Below are positions 10,226 to 23,940 of a DNA stretch of 64,000 bases, piece after piece. Each line of letters begins with the position of its first letter. Within the stretch, counting starts at the first letter, position 1. A model generated the notes under the pieces. It ran no database searches and had not been told where the DNA came from. It saw only the letters and a program-made list of their open reading frames with translations. Source of the DNA: Paecilomyces variotii. Lineage: Eukaryota. The stretch lies in assembly GCA_004022145.1 (NCBI GenBank), contig RCNU01000011.1. The stretch is one strand, 5' to 3'. The position numbers and the translations under genes were made by a program.

Positions 10226-12141
10226 CTAGGTATGCATAGGAAAGTCATCAATCGATCCGAGGACCTCCTCCGTTCCACCATCGAGAGCTTTGGCAACAGC
10301 AGTCTTCTTCCTTTTGGGTTTCTGGCCGTTGCCCTTCTCCTGTCCAGGGTCAGCTGCTCCAGTCGGATTGCGCAATAGCTCCTCCTGGGCCTGTTTCTCT
10401 TTCGCATGCTGATCCTCGATTTTTTTCTTTTCCTCATCAAGTTCCCGTTCGATCGCTCGGGGATCATCATAGACAGTATTGGTCATTTCAGAGTAGGTTG
10501 CAATATCGATGGTCTCACTCGGTCCCAACAGTGTCTCCTTGATCCGCTCAGGATGTTTTCGTTCCTCGTTGTTGAACTTGAGCTTGATCTGTCGCCTCGA
10601 CCTCCCCGGGAATAGCTTGCTGATCATCATGAAATCGGTACCAAACATCCGCAGTCCGCGATAGAACAGATCCGTCATCTCTTCATCCCATGATTCTGTC
10701 TTTGTGCGCTTTCCATAGGTTGCCTGGTTGATCTTCCTCGTGAGAGGATTTTCCACAACATCCTCCAGCTCTCCTGCCTCCCTCGCGGCATCAGCGTGAC
10801 GGTCGACCTGCAATGAAGTCGCATCCAGCACAATTTCCCCGTTCACAATCCTCATCACCGGGCCAGCCTGTTTCTTAGGCATATTGTCGAGACCTTCAGA
10901 CGGTGAGCCATTCTCCGCGTTCTTTTTGATCGGTTCAGGCTCTGTAGTTTCTCTCTCCTCCCGTTCCTTCTGCTTACGTTCCGCTTCAGCTAGTTCCAGG
11001 TTCTGGAGCTCCATCTCACGTTTCGACTTCTTTCCAGTGCGGAGGTCTTTACACAGATCTGACATTTTCACGACAGCTGGTGCAATCTCAATCATTTCTG
11101 AGCCTTCTGGCGTGGGCTCTCGTTTCTTGCGCGGGCGCGGTCGTCTCTCTCGAGTCGATCGCGTCTCCGTATCCGCTGCGCCATCCTCTGTCCTCCTCTT
11201 TTTTCGAGGTCTTGTTGTCTTTGGCGCTCTCTTAGAAGTCGAAGGGGGAACGGCAGCTGTATCTCCTCTTGTTTCTCTATCGGATTCTGGGGCACTAGGC
11301 TGGGTATTTGGAGGAGTGGGAAGAGGCACAGGCGTTGGCTCTGGCTCAGGAACGGCCTGAGGCTCCTGCGAAGGCGTCTTTCGAGCTCGAGGAGTAGGTA
11401 TTGCGGTCTGCGATGTCTTTTGGCGCTTAGACGGCCTCACTTCCGTTGAATCATCTACCACTGCTGTAGGTGTCTCGACTGGCGTGGCAGCGTCAAGGGA
11501 TGTTTGTAGCTCACGCGGGGGCTCTTGAGTTGCAGATTTGGTGGTTGACACGGACGATGGCTTGCTGATGGGTGTTGGTATCCCAATGGCTCCAGCATCT
11601 GTTTTATTAGAGACTTTGGGGGGAGAACGGTGGGTAGATGGACGTTCAATGGGGACAGCTGCGGATGCTGGCGCTGGTGTTGGCGCTGGCACTGGTACTG
11701 GTGCAGAAACAGACGCCTTGCGTTTAGGGGCAGGGATTGGAATGGTGGTAGCAGCTGGAGACGGCGTTGGTATTGGCTTTGCAGGTGCTGGTTCTGGTTC
11801 TGGGGGATGCGTCTCAGTAGTGACCGCGGTAGGATGGGACGTGATAGCGGCTTGCGCGTCTGTCACGTCAGAGGCAGGCGGGGTAGGAACAGGCGCATTG
11901 TCTGTTGCAGGCTGAGCAGGCTGAGCAGGCTGAGAGGTCTGAGGTGTCTGAGATGTCGTCTGGCGATCAACACTGGCACGGGCAGGGCCAGGAGCTGGAG
12001 GAGCAGCTCCCGCACGCCGAACGGGTGCCTTAGGAGCAAACTTCTTGCCCGATTTGTCTATGAGGCGGGGGAAGTCAGTATCCGACCAGAGCGTGACGAC
12101 GGCGACCACCTACTGATCACAGAGCTAGAGAAGGCCTTCAT
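10226..12141 (-). CDS. BDP1: TFIIIB subunit B'' (SANT domain)
   Basis: MKAFSSSVIN|KSGKKFAPKAP (intron 12113-12058); WDEEMTDLFYRGLRMFGTDFMMISKLFPGRSRRQIKLKFNNEER SANT motif. Confidence 0.92.
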
Positions 12142-12520
12142 GATGGCTCAGCTATTCACAGAAGCGTCTTGTCTCGTTGCAGAGACCGCGGACATGGCCA
12201 GCCAGGGACGATGGATGATAAACACGGCGTACGAGGAGAAATGGATGAATCGCGCTGATCGTGACTTTTGCTGGTCCGGGGGAGGGCGCAATCACGTGGG
12301 AGGCGCTAGTGGACGCTAAACCAGCCGAAGTCGAAAATCCTCCTGGCTTCACTTGTCTTGTCCTCTTGCTTATCTCAACCACATCTCATTCTCGCCCTTG
12401 TCACACTCTGGTCTTTGTCGCCCGCCCGGGGTCAGCGTCCGCTGTGGTCTCTGCCTCTTGCCGGTTGCTGCCCTGCGGTGATTGATCCCGTCCGCTACTC
12501 TATCTCTATCTTGGCCACTG

Positions 12521-14903
12521 ATGCCGGCCGTCGAAGCGTCCCTCGTCGCGCCTTCCGAGTCCGGTCTCAAGATGGAAGACCGGAAGAGACCCGCCGCTTA
12601 CGATCACAATAATGATTCTGCTCCGCCGTCCAAGAAGCAGGCTACCTCGCTGAACGGCGGGGGCAAGCCTCATCCCGACACGGACATGCCATGGAAGGAC
12701 GATCTGGAGGTGAGCTCTCCCGTCTGATCTGCCCACGTCTTCGTCCCACGCGCGTGGCAACGTGGCCTGGGATGCGCAACGACATTCACTGACAGTTCCT
12801 TCGTAACAGCGTTTCCAGAAAGACGCGATATGGCGTCAGATGCAGGAATACAAGCGCGATAAGGTGACTCTGGAGGCTAAGGTGAAAGAGTTGTCAAAGG
12901 CGATCACGTATCACGATGACCACCTCCGTATCATCGATGCTTGGTTCAAACAGGTACGTCATGGCGGATATCGCAGTTCTACGTGACGAGTATTCTGACG
13001 GGCCCTAGTTGATTGACGAAGTAAAACTCCTGGTTGGTGGTTCGGAAGAGACGGATAAGGATCAAAAGTCCTTCCAGAGTGCACTCCTCTTTGAAGATAA
13101 TGAGAAATTCCAGAATCATCTCCAGTCGCGGTCGGAAGAAATCAAAGCGACTATCTCACGACTCATGACTCATGCGTCAAAATCACCCGAGCTTTCGGAT
13201 CTACAGAGCCAGCTAGCGAAAAAGCTTGCGGAAGAGAAGTCGTCGATAACCGAACTCGAAAAAGCCTTGTCTGAAAAGCAGCAGTTAGAGGAGCGTCTGG
13301 AGGCCGCCTCGCTGCGCTACATGGTTGCTGAAAAGAAGTTGGACCGTGCAAGGAGCGTAACCGTCGCAAAACTGGAAAAGCAATATATCCTCGGTGCTCA
13401 GCGTCCTGGAGGTGACAGCGCTTCTACTCGGGAGGAGGGGACCCCCAATGGATCTGCCTCAGGTACGGAACGGAATGCCGATTTGGAAGAAGAGCACCAT
13501 AGACTGCGAGCTGTTGCGGAAAAGCGGAAAGAGCAATTGGAGAAACTCGAGGCGGAAAATGCGAAATTGGCCAGCCAGATTACCGAGCTCAGTCTGAAGC
13601 ACTCCAAACCCACCGACGACGACTATGCCCACACCGATCTTTTCAAGCAACTTAAATCTCAGCACGAGGACGTCATCAAACGGATCAACCACCTTGAAGC
13701 GACAAATGTGCAACTTCGCGAAGAGGCGGAGAAACTCCAGGCTGAACGAACTGCCTATCGAATCCAACTCGATGCGGAGTCTCAGGCTGTCATAGCGGAG
13801 AAAGAAGCGCAGCTGATGAGAGCGGAGACGGACTTGGCTAGGATCAGGAACATTCGTGATGAACTTCTCGCTGATCAACAGATGAGAAAGGCTTCCCAGG
13901 AGCAAGAGAAGACCGCATCGGCCAAGGTCCAGGAGTTGGCGGCAGCAAGAGAAGCCCAGATCGTTTCGCTCCAGTCAGAAATGGACAGGTTGAGACTCCA
14001 GGTGGAGGGATTGAAGGATGAGCAAAGGAACCTTGAGGACCTACCGGTGGACGAACTTCGTACCAAATACCAGACCCTGGAACGCCAGTATTCCATGCTC
14101 AACACGGAATTGACCTCGATGCAAACCGTGTGCAAGAAATATTCGACTTTGGCATCCCAGAAAGTGGCTGAGTTCAGTGCTCTGGAAGAGAAAATGATGC
14201 GCCTGACTGCGGAGAAGTCCAAGGCCGACCAGAAATACTTCGCCGCGATGAAAAGCAAGGAAGCACGCGACTCTGAAGTCCGCACATTGCGAGTACAGAA
14301 CTCCAAAAGTTCTGATATTATCGCTCAGCTCAAGGAATCGGAGGGCGCCACTCGTTCGCTGGTAGCGAACATGGAAAAGCAGGTCGCCGAAGGCAAAGAA
14401 GCTTTGAACTCTGCCGTGAACAAGTATCGCGCAGCGCAGCAGCAATTGGCAGAGAGCACTATTGTCATCGAGGGACTCAAATCGCAGATCTCTGAACTCA
14501 AGAAATTGTCTGCTACTAAGGATTCGACTCTCGCTAGCACATCCTCCGCTTGTCGCCAAGCGGAGACTGAAATTGAAGACCTCAAGACGTCACTTGCGGA
14601 TACGAAGAAGAGTTTGGAAAACTGGAAGACCAAGAGTCTCGGAAACTCTTCTTCAGAGTACGAAATGTTGAGAGTAAGTCATCTCTGGATGTCTTGTTCC
14701 CCTGTTGCCCAGCCACTAACAGAATGTAGACTTTGGCGCTTTGCACTGTGTGCCGTCGGAACTTCAAGAACACCGCCATCAAAACCTGTGGACATGTGTT
14801 CTGCAAGGACTGCGTTGAAGAACGACTCATCTCTCGCTCGAGAAAGTGCCCCAATTGCAACAGATCTTTTGGTGGCAACGACTACATGCACATCACTCTG
14901 TGA
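12521..14903 (+). CDS. BRE1: E3 ubiquitin ligase Bre1 (H2B), 4 exons
   Basis: FQKDAIWRQMQEYKR, long coiled coil, KADQKYFAAMK, C-terminal RING CTVC...CGHVFCKDC...CPNC. An alternative start at MEDRKR is possible. Confidence 0.93.
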
Positions 14904-15373
14904 TCTGACATTTCCCCTTCCGATTCATTTTCTTCTTCGGACGGTTCCCTTCACGTGTACAATAGCTTTCCTTTGTTTTTACTTGTCTGGCAAGGATCAT
15001 GGTGCTGGCGGTGTTTGGATGGGACTTTTCTAGCAGGGAGGGATATCTTGTTCGGTTCTGAGAGCGGGCTGGCGTTTCGACGGTCTTGAATGCCCCTGCA
15101 TGGCAATTATGGAAGATCTTACTTTACTGTTTTCCCCCTTTGAGCCAGAAGACAATGAGCGTCTGGCCTACGGTTTGTTTTCGTTGGATATCCACTGCAG
15201 TGTTCGAGCGGCACCTGGGTGGGGTGGCAGGGCGTATGTCTGTGACTGTTGCAGGTTGTAGGAATAGCTAACCGATCTGGATGATAAAGACGAATGATAC
15301 TCATGCGTCATGTTTTTCTGATAAACCTTCTTTCGTGTTCATGTCGAGAGTAGATCCCTTTTGATAATTCGTA

Positions 15374-16384
15374 TCACGAGTTGAAGATCCTGCTGTAAAG
15401 AAGCTCGTGTCTTCCTATCCACAGATCAAGGACTGGGACGACTTGGCCTGCATTTTCAGGCTCAGTATCCCATTCCCGCTCTATACGTTCGACGATCATC
15501 TTCTGTAGGCTTTCGCTAGCAAGAACGCCTTGTGCCTGATAAGGCCCCATCACCGAAGCCCGAACCGCCGCACTAAGAACGGCCTTCGCATGGTTCAAGA
15601 CGAAAACATAGGCTGCTTGACGAAGATCCACCCCCATAGCTAAGCATATGACACCCCATAACGGCGCAAAATGGCCATTTGGCCCAATCTCGTCTGGAGT
15701 ACCAGCACTGAATTTCAATGCTTCTGAAAAGCTCTCGATTGCCGCAACAGCATCACTTTGCGCATTTCCTGCTAATCGCGCCGTTTGCGAATATGTGCCT
15801 CGAAAAGCACGCTCCCAGACTCCAATCAGAGCTCTTCCTTGCGCTACGCTAGCTCTCCGCGCGACAGTACAGGGTGTCGATGCATCCAGGTCATTATCTA
15901 GCACGTCCAACTGGTGCGGTTCCCGATACGCAGCGAGGAGATATGGAAGAGATGTGCTTGCTAGAGAGGCAATGGATAGCTTCAGAAAACGGTGAAAGGA
16001 AGCAACTGGCGTCACGGAGCGGGGTAGAGGTTTGTGATGCGCGATATATGATTCTAAACCGCTGGAATAGGCGAATGAGCCTAGTGGTAAGGCAGAATCA
16101 GAGAGTAAGAGGAGAGGATGTGTTGATTGGGCGTATTGAAGGCCTGGATAGGTTGTGTTAGTTTGTGTAAGAGAGATGGATTAATTCGAGGGTTCAATGG
16201 TTCTCCTCTCTCGCGCGCTCTCTCCGCATGGAATGTCCGTACCATCGCGGGTCAGTTGGTTGTATAGCTTGTTCTCATTGTGAGATGTATCTTTGTCTTT
16301 TAGTAGGCTCTTGGCATGTTTCAGTCGATTCTCCAGATCAGAAATCTCCCGTTGGAGAGCTTCCTGATCGATGTCTTCGGCCAT
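15374..16384 (-). CDS. ureF: Urease accessory protein UreF, 2 exons
   Basis: After splicing: LLLSDSALPLGSFAYSSGLESY; RASVAQGRAL; GHFAPLWG; SAAVRASVMGPYQAQ; terminal HELLYSRIFNS. Confidence 0.92.
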
Positions 16385-16668
16385 TGGATCTAATAATCAG
16401 TATTATGATGGATTATCCGATCTCACTGATAAGTAGGTAGTAGTTAGGAATGAGGTTAGTTAAAGCGGAGAGCTTCAAGGCGGCGCATCTAGCGGTGTCA
16501 CGCGGCAGAAAAGAGGATCTCCAGCAGATCTCCGAGACCTAACTACTTAACTAGCTAACTTGCTAAGAGAGAGCTTCCGGACGCGCCGCAACTGCTATTA
16601 TCTTCTTGTTGATAGCTCGAACCGCTATGCAGATACGATAAAGTTACGATTGGTTTTCTTACAGGACC

Positions 16669-19053
16669 ATGTCGGGAAAGCGTCTCTTGGACGCCATCCA
16701 ATTATTCAATGTCGCCAAATCCGTCGCCGGGAAACACCTGGCTCTGCGCCAGCGCCAACTAGATGTCTACACTCGGACGTCGTCATTGACTAAGGGGATT
16801 CAGAGCCAGGCAGAGGGATTGATTCTTACGGCAAAGGCCGCGGCGGCTTTAGCGCAGCGGTTCAACGAGCCATCACCGGTTACGAAATCACCACCGTCAG
16901 AGACGCGCGAGCAGACCTCAACAACCCAGTCACCAGACGCGGATCTCCATGTGAAACAGGCGCAAGCTGGAAGGGATCCTTTGCCTGATGGCACGATACT
17001 TCCCGAGACAATCACGGTCAAGCCCAGGTCGCTATCACCGGAGGATGCTAAGAAGGTGCAGAGACAAGCGGAATTCCAGATCCCAGAGAGAGCAGCTGGG
17101 CATCCTGCGGAGGAGGGAGAGCATGGAGGGAGCCAGGGCCAGGAAGTCTTCCACAAGCCATCCACTACATCTGCGCCAGTCTTGTCATCTCTTCCCAGAG
17201 TTAAGGTACCGAAAGTGACGGGAGATGTACAAGAAGGAAGCGGAACGATCAATGCGGATGTGTTCTATTCTTCCACCAAGGCCGACGATAGCAAGGCTGC
17301 CCCGAAGGAAGACTCCTCTGAAGAAGAGCACAAACTGACCGATGAGATGATGAGCGAGATTTTCCACAGTCCCAGAGTTGCGAAGATACTTTCAAGGAAG
17401 GGTGCGCTGGATCTCCGAAACAACTCGCGCGAGGCTCGAGTACCAGGGACCATAGCTGCTGAAAAGATTGCTATTCCAGGAGAACAGCATCGCTCTGAGG
17501 AGACCCGAACGGACAGGAAATCCATGGAGGAGCTTGGTTCAAGTCTGGCACAGGAAGCAGCCACATCCGATCCAGTATGCCTCGTCGAGATCCCAGGGAG
17601 GTGTAACGCGCTGACAGATTTCCGCAGGTTGCAGCAGCAGCAGACCCGGCAGTTAAGCCTGTGGATAGTTACCAGATGATGGAATCCCGCGTCCCATCTT
17701 CCCGTCTCGGGAGACTGTGGCAATACGGCGGGTTGGCAACATCAATGGCGTTTGGAGCAGTGGGCGAAGGCCTTCGAAGAGTAACCAGCAGTGGAGAGAC
17801 CAATGGCTCCCTAATGTTCAGTGCTGCCAACATGGAGCGTCTCGTGTCGAAGTTATCCAAGATGCGAGGTGCTGCCCTCAAACTGGGTCAGATGATGAGC
17901 TTCCAAGGTCAGTATACGAATGGCAATCGAGACCTATCGACGAAAACTAACTTCACCAGATTCAAAGATGCTCCCTGAGCCAATCCAGCAGGTTCTACAG
18001 CGCGTACAGGATCGAGCAGACTACATGCCCGCCTCCCAACGGGACCAAGTCTTGACAGACAACCTGGGACCTAACTGGAGGGACCTCTTCGAGTCATTCG
18101 AGGAAAAACCAATGGCCGCAGCGTCAATTGGACAGGTTCACGGAGCGGTTCTGAAGAATGGCAAGCGTGTGGCAGTCAAGGTCCAATACCCCGGAGTGGC
18201 AGACTCGATCGATTCGGACCTCAACAACCTCTCTATTCTCCTCACCGCATCACGCCTGCTGCCAAAGGGTCTCTACTTAGACAAAACGATCGCCAACGCC
18301 CGTACAGAGCTGGCCTGGGAATGTGACTACATCCGCGAAGCTGAGGCTTCAAACCGTTTCAGAGAACTCCTGCGCGATGAGCCCTCCGTCTTCGTCGTCC
18401 CCGAAATCATTCGCGAAGCCTCCGGCAAACAGGTGCTGACAATGGAACGTCTGAACGGCATCGCCGTCACCAAGATCCAAAACTTCACCCAAGAACAGCG
18501 CGACTGGATCGGGACGCAGATCCTCCGCCTCTCTCTGCGCGAAATCATCGAATTCCGCTACATGCAAACAGACCCCAACTGGACCAACTTCCTCTACAAC
18601 GCCCAAACCAACCGCCTCGAACTGCTCGACTTTGGCGCTTCGCGCGAATACCCCGCCGATTTCATCAACACCTACGTCCGCACCCTCCTCGCCGCCTCGC
18701 GCAACGACAAAGACGCATGTCGCGACCTCTCCATCAAACTCGGCTATCTGACCGGCTACGAATCCCCCGCCATGGTCGACGCCCACGTCACATCGATCCT
18801 CACTATCGCCGAGCCATTCATGGCCTCGTCTCCAGATGTCTACGACTTCAGCAACCAGACCATCACCGAGCGCGTGCGCGCCTTGATCCCCGTCATGATC
18901 CGTGAGCGGTTAACCCCTCCACCCGAAGAGACGTACAGTCTGCACCGCAAGTTGAGCGGGGCGTTCTTGCTCTGCGCAAGACTGGGCAGTCGAGTGAGAA
19001 CCAAAGAGCTGTTTAACAACGCGATTCAGAAAGCTGAGGGGTTGGATCTTTAG
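16669..19053 (+). CDS. COQ8: ABC1/UbiB-family atypical kinase, 3 exons
   Basis: MRGAALKLGQ (KxGQ motif), AAASIGQVH, VAVKVQYPGV, MQTDPNWTNF, LLDFGA, PPEETYSLHRKLSG. Confidence 0.95.
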
Positions 19054-20119
19054 GCTAGAGATAAGATCCCGTAAGAAGCGGGAAAGAGAGTGTATGTTTT
19101 GGCAAGTAAAAAAAAGGCCATATGATGTATAATAAATAGCATGTATTGTACATGTACAACCAGGTAGAATCTCATTTATATAGGAAAGAAAGACAAAACG
19201 GGCCATATTGTCACTAGATATAAGAATATGGAAATATTGACAATAAAATGGGATAAACAGAGATATAAAAATTTTTACCATATGAAGAATTCGAATATTG
19301 ATTTCTACAGTACCAGTTAGTTAAATGTTCAAGTAACATAACGATGAACGATGTGTCTCGTCTATATAGTCTTGAAACAAGAAAGAATAATTAGTAGTAT
19401 TAATCCTCTAGAAGTACATACATTATCAATCCACAAAAACATCGTTTTTCAAGGTATCATGACAGGTAATGTAAATTCTCCTTAAAAAGAAGTAACTCAA
19501 GTAATGAACAACTATGATACAATCATAGAAACGTTAAGACATTGGGTATATGGACCGGACTGGAAAGGTACAAAATGCATAGTCTCATAGTATGATACAA
19601 TTTCTCGTTTCCGAGTTGAAGGTGGCACTGTAAATGAGTGAGGCTGCGCTCGATCGAGACGTGAAGCGGCTGTTTCTAGTCGTTTGTGCCGTGATAATCG
19701 CTCGATGATAATACCTCCGGTGTTCGGAGTTTCCGGTATATCGTTGCTGGTGCCAACAGTGGCGGAATCGTTGGTCATTCCGAGGATGATTTTCCCTTTT
19801 TGAAAGAGGTTGCTGGGTAAATTCGTGTCGCTTTGTGAACACCGGGAATTCCTGACTCCTGCAAGGGCAGTGGTCAAGAAAGAGCCAAAGGGACCAGCCC
19901 CTTTATAGCGCAGCGCAGTCTCGAAGAAAGCCATAGTAGCTGCGGAGTATTGCGGAGTATTGCCACAACTGACCATGGGAAACGCGCGTAGTCCAGGGAT
20001 CCTTAACCTCTCGTATATGGGATTCAGGGATCTCAGGACGTCGCAGGTACCCGCCGCTTCCAGGGTTATAGGTGCAAGTTATACTTGTCGCGTTAATTCA
20101 GATATTTGGCCATTGGTTT

Positions 20120-21658
20120 TCACACAGCCGAGTCTTTCCCGTTAGCGAAGATTGCCTTCCAGTACTTCTTCACATCCGAGCACACATCCTTCTCGTTTCG
20201 CCAGCTTCGGAATCGATGCTCCAGTTCACATGCGGTCCACATGATCTCATTCCAGAACTCCCGCTCCACATCATGACCGAAGTCATTAACCGTGTCTTCT
20301 GGGTCTGTCCAAGCACGCGTGTAACCTCCATCATCGTCGTAGGCCGGGTTCACCATCTGCTTATCGAATACAGTAGCCGGGTTGAATTTAGGAAAATTGG
20401 CGTGGATGAAGAACGGCTTAGGAGAAGGCGCTTTGGAACCGTTGACACGCCACTCTCCTTTCTGCGTCAACTGGTAGTCCTCGAGCGGATGGAACTGAAC
20501 CATGGCAGAACCGGCGAATCCGTTACTACTGGGATGCCCGATGGCGCGGATGGGTTCGCTGACTTGATAAAATGGCTCGTTCATTGCGGTGGCCGCTGCC
20601 AGAAAAGTTTCTTTATCGCCTTCACCGGGTGCACCTTGAGAGAGCAACGAGTAGAAGTGCGACGGGCCCCAGTAGTTGTAATACGTGCAGAGCAGAAGCG
20701 TATGGGCATGTGTCTTCTTGGACACTACCACCTCTCCCGACTCTGTCGACTGGCGAATATCCATTGGTGGGATCTCCTGAGATGCGATGGCGTAGAACAG
20801 AGGCGAGGCGGAGGAAGCCCAGAAGTCCGGCCAAGTGACCATGTGTTTCGATTGGAAAGGCTCGTTGTCAAATAGTACCTCGGGCTTGTCGATCGGGAAG
20901 GCATCTGCATCCAAGAACAATATCTCCTCAAAAGACGAAAATAGCATGGCAAAAGGCTTGAACTGGTACTTCTCGATTTGCATGTCTTCAGGCGCTGCAC
21001 TCAGAATTTCCGATAATATCACGCATTTCGCGTTCAAGGACGGAAGAACGACATCGCAGATGTACTCTTCATGCTCATCGGCATCGGCAAGGAAGACCTC
21101 CATGGGCAATTTTGACCCCGTCTTTCGCAGCATGCGCAAAGATATGACCAGAACGGGTAAATATGATCCTCCAGCAGTCGACACCAGACCCCGCGTCCCC
21201 GGTGTATAGTGCAGGGAGGGTGCTCCGTCCCTGATAGCGTTGACAAAATTTGTATGGGCGGTCCTCATCTTGATCACATCGTCCACCAACATCTCCACGA
21301 GCTCTGGCCGTTCTCCCGGATTCTTCGCATCGAACCGTACTCCAGGCGCAGTTCCCAATTTATGCGGGGAGTCGCAGTCGGGCGCGTATTCCATCAACAG
21401 CGGCTGGAACTCCCGCCAGAACTTCATGTGCCCTCTAACATTGTGCTCGATCTCGTGTTTGGATTGATCCTTGATTTCATCCTTGAGGCCATCTTTGGTT
21501 TCGTGACTTTCCGATGCTTCATAGGCGGGGAGCTCAGACCATTTGACCTCGTTCACATTCGACAGATGACGATGGCGCGAAAGGAACCAAGAGAATATAG
21601 ATGCCAGAATAAATGCGACAAGGACTGTTCGCAGCCGTGTAGGCAACCGCGCCATCAT
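20120..21658 (-). CDS. Mnn2/Mnn5-like alpha-1,2-mannosyltransferase (GT71)
   Basis: N-terminal signal anchor, LRMLRKTGSKLPMEVF, FLDAD DxD motif, WPDFW, ESGE, GEGDKETF; intronless. Confidence 0.88.
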   Translation of the reverse strand: MMARLPTRLRTVLVAFILASIFSWFLSRHRHLSNVNEVKWSELPAYEASESHETKDGLKDEIKDQSKHEIEHNVRGHMKFWREFQPLLMEYAPDCDSPHKLGTAPGVRFDAKNPGERPELVEMLVDDVIKMRTAHTNFVNAIRDGAPSLHYTPGTRGLVSTAGGSYLPVLVISLRMLRKTGSKLPMEVFLADADEHEEYICDVVLPSLNAKCVILSEILSAAPEDMQIEKYQFKPFAMLFSSFEEILFLDADAFPIDKPEVLFDNEPFQSKHMVTWPDFWASSASPLFYAIASQEIPPMDIRQSTESGEVVVSKKTHAHTLLLCTYYNYWGPSHFYSLLSQGAPGEGDKETFLAAATAMNEPFYQVSEPIRAIGHPSSNGFAGSAMVQFHPLEDYQLTQKGEWRVNGSKAPSPKPFFIHANFPKFNPATVFDKQMVNPAYDDDGGYTRAWTDPEDTVNDFGHDVEREFWNEIMWTACELEHRFRSWRNEKDVCSDVKKYWKAIFANGKDSAV

Positions 21659-23243
21659 CTCGACAAGTGTTTTCGACCGGGAAATGGAAGGAAAGCTGGC
21701 TAGAAGACTGACACTTTTCGTAGGCGACTTGCACGGCCAGTTCGCATTCCACTAACCTGAAACTCGTCGAGACTCTTTAGCTACCGCCGCCTCAAGGGGG
21801 TCAAAATGTGATTGCACAACAGCCCAGCCAATACGAACCATAAAGACCACTGCGAAGTTCAGTACTCCTACTGCTAGAGAATCCTCCTGCGACGACTTTT
21901 CCTCGCAGAGCACGTCAGGCTCCAGCTGATAAGCAGAGATGCGCACCGAAGAAAAGTGGTGACGTTCCGGGAAGGGAGACGGCAGACGAGGAGCGGTTCC
22001 CACGGTTCTGGCCAAGTGATGAGAAAAGGATGATGACGGCTAATTACTCGACTTTCCAGCTTGAACCTCCGCATCGCCTGGTGGATTGTCCCGTCTTGAC
22101 GTGTTAAGTAGTAAGAAAAGTCTCCACCCTAGGAGATTGATGAGCCTTGGATGAGCTGGGCCCGTTGAAGGACGCTAAAGTCTTAGAGTAGAGTCGGACT
22201 GGAGCCCGTGGACTTGAAAGTTGAAGCTGCCGAATTCTCTGCTTGATCTAGTTACTCCACAATGCTTGATCTAACTTCGCCCCGAAGCAGGGATCGATGA
22301 TCTGTACTCTGCTCACGGTTCAGGTCTGGAGGGATTGTAGCGATCGTATTCACCACGGAAGAATGGTAGAATAGGTAACGGGCGGCTGAGGCGCCACCCA
22401 GAGATCAAGCGCAACAAGCTGAAGGGGCGCAATTCAAGCTGCTCTGCACGAGGAGACGAAACGGTATAACCACCGCCACGGCTGTAACAAGCGCTCTAAT
22501 GGTGCTGCGAATCAGAATTGCCAGATCGGGGCCACGAGCAGATCACTTATGAACTTGGACACCAGCGAAAACTACCCCTGAGATCGTCGCGGGAAAATGC
22601 GATCATGGCTCAAGCCAGCCAGGGATCCCTTCTTCGCTGAAGAAATCTTAAGTCCTAGTGCGACTGAACCCTGCAGTTAATATTCCGGCCTGCAGACTTT
22701 TGCGAGCTTCGATGGGATGTGTAGACTATTATTTGTGAAGAAAGTACCATACTCCCAACAGGCCGTCGATACTGCGCGCTAGACTCCACCCTGGAGGGCC
22801 CGTGGACGCAACTAACTATGGTGTCGCGAGAATGACATTCGGACATCTGGGGATGCAAGCTTCTCATGCAAGTGATTAGTTCATGCGAGATCACCTTTTT
22901 GATGTTTCTGCATCTGAGTAACGACCTCGAGGATGAATGTAATAGCAATCACTGAATATCTCCCACACAAATTTATTCAAAGATGGCCGGTAGTTATGGG
23001 CATCTATCCTCGGTTAACGTGATACGACGTCTTAGGTAACACTGCATATGGCTGATCCAAGCAGCTCCCACGCCTGAAATAACTCTTTCAAAATAATTCT
23101 GATTCTGAAGGGTATCGTGTATTTAGTACAACCAGTAGAACATCTATCAAAAAAAGGAAAAAGACAGAAAGACAGAAACTGAAATGCATGATATATATGG
23201 TATATGCGCTTCCAAAATGGTGGCTCCTAGCCCAGTAAAATGC

Positions 23244-23940
23244 TCATTGTTCAAAATCATCGGCATCCGAAAAGTCATCGTCTTCCTCCAGAATCGTGGT
23301 AGAGAAGAGCCCGCGACTTGATTGTCCTCTTGTGCCCTTGGACCACCGAGGATAATAGTTGCCAGATAGCTTGGCAGCTGCGTCTGAGGGCGGAGCTCCT
23401 CTTGTTTCTGGGTAAGCAGAAGACTGTGTGTCCTCTATAAACGGCAGGCTTTTTCCTGGTGCAGAGGCGAATTCATCGAGGTGATCTTTCGACGACCTGG
23501 GATGTTTCCGCACGTGCGGAGTCGGGGGACTGGGCTCCTGCGACAAGTGCAGGACTCGCACGACCAGTTTTGATGTCAGGTGTAAGACCAGGCCAGCGGT
23601 TATTCCAATCAGTGAGGCTACACCGAAGAATATGAAGATAGACTATATAGAAATAAGCTCTTCGATCATGGCTCCGCGGAAGACCAATGTGCAGACAGAT
23701 TAAACTGTGAATATCGGAGAGACGGCCAGAATATCAGGATGAAGTGCATAAATAGGAACTCACCTCAAATCTAGACAAAATCCTCAACGGTAGAAAGGCC
23801 ACCCGAAGAACATTGCTCGCTATGTGCAAGAATGGAGTAGCGAGTATTCCAAGAAGCGAGACCAAACTCCGAACTAGCCAGAAAATGGGATAGAAGATAC
23901 AGACAAGAATAGCCAATGCGAGTTCGAGCCACTCCATCAT
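23244..23940 (-). CDS. Small hypothetical membrane protein, 2 exons
   Basis: Hydrophobic exon 1 joins via a GTGAGT...TAG intron (about 23763-23643) in frame to SIFIFFGVASLIGITAGLVLHL and an acidic tail TTILEEDDD. Confidence 0.7.

Noticed and set aside
10226..12141. Pol III factor BDP1 close to two 5S genes, suggesting a functional cluster
   Set aside because: 5S genes are dispersed in these fungi and unrelated genes intervene; likely coincidence.
19512..19976. 154-aa minus-strand ORF downstream of the mannosyltransferase
   Set aside because: No recognisable motifs or splice structure; probably 3' UTR or intergenic.
22548..22585. GAACTTGGACACCAGCGAAA, reminiscent of a TPP riboswitch 3' half
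   Set aside because: Lacks the GATC..GGATAAT segment and an upstream CTGAGA; no thiamine gene nearby.
23643..23763. Internal CTGAT...CAG in a 121-nt intron, suggesting a stwintron
   Set aside because: Two-step splicing gives a poor donor (GTTTAA) and breaks the frame; single excision works.
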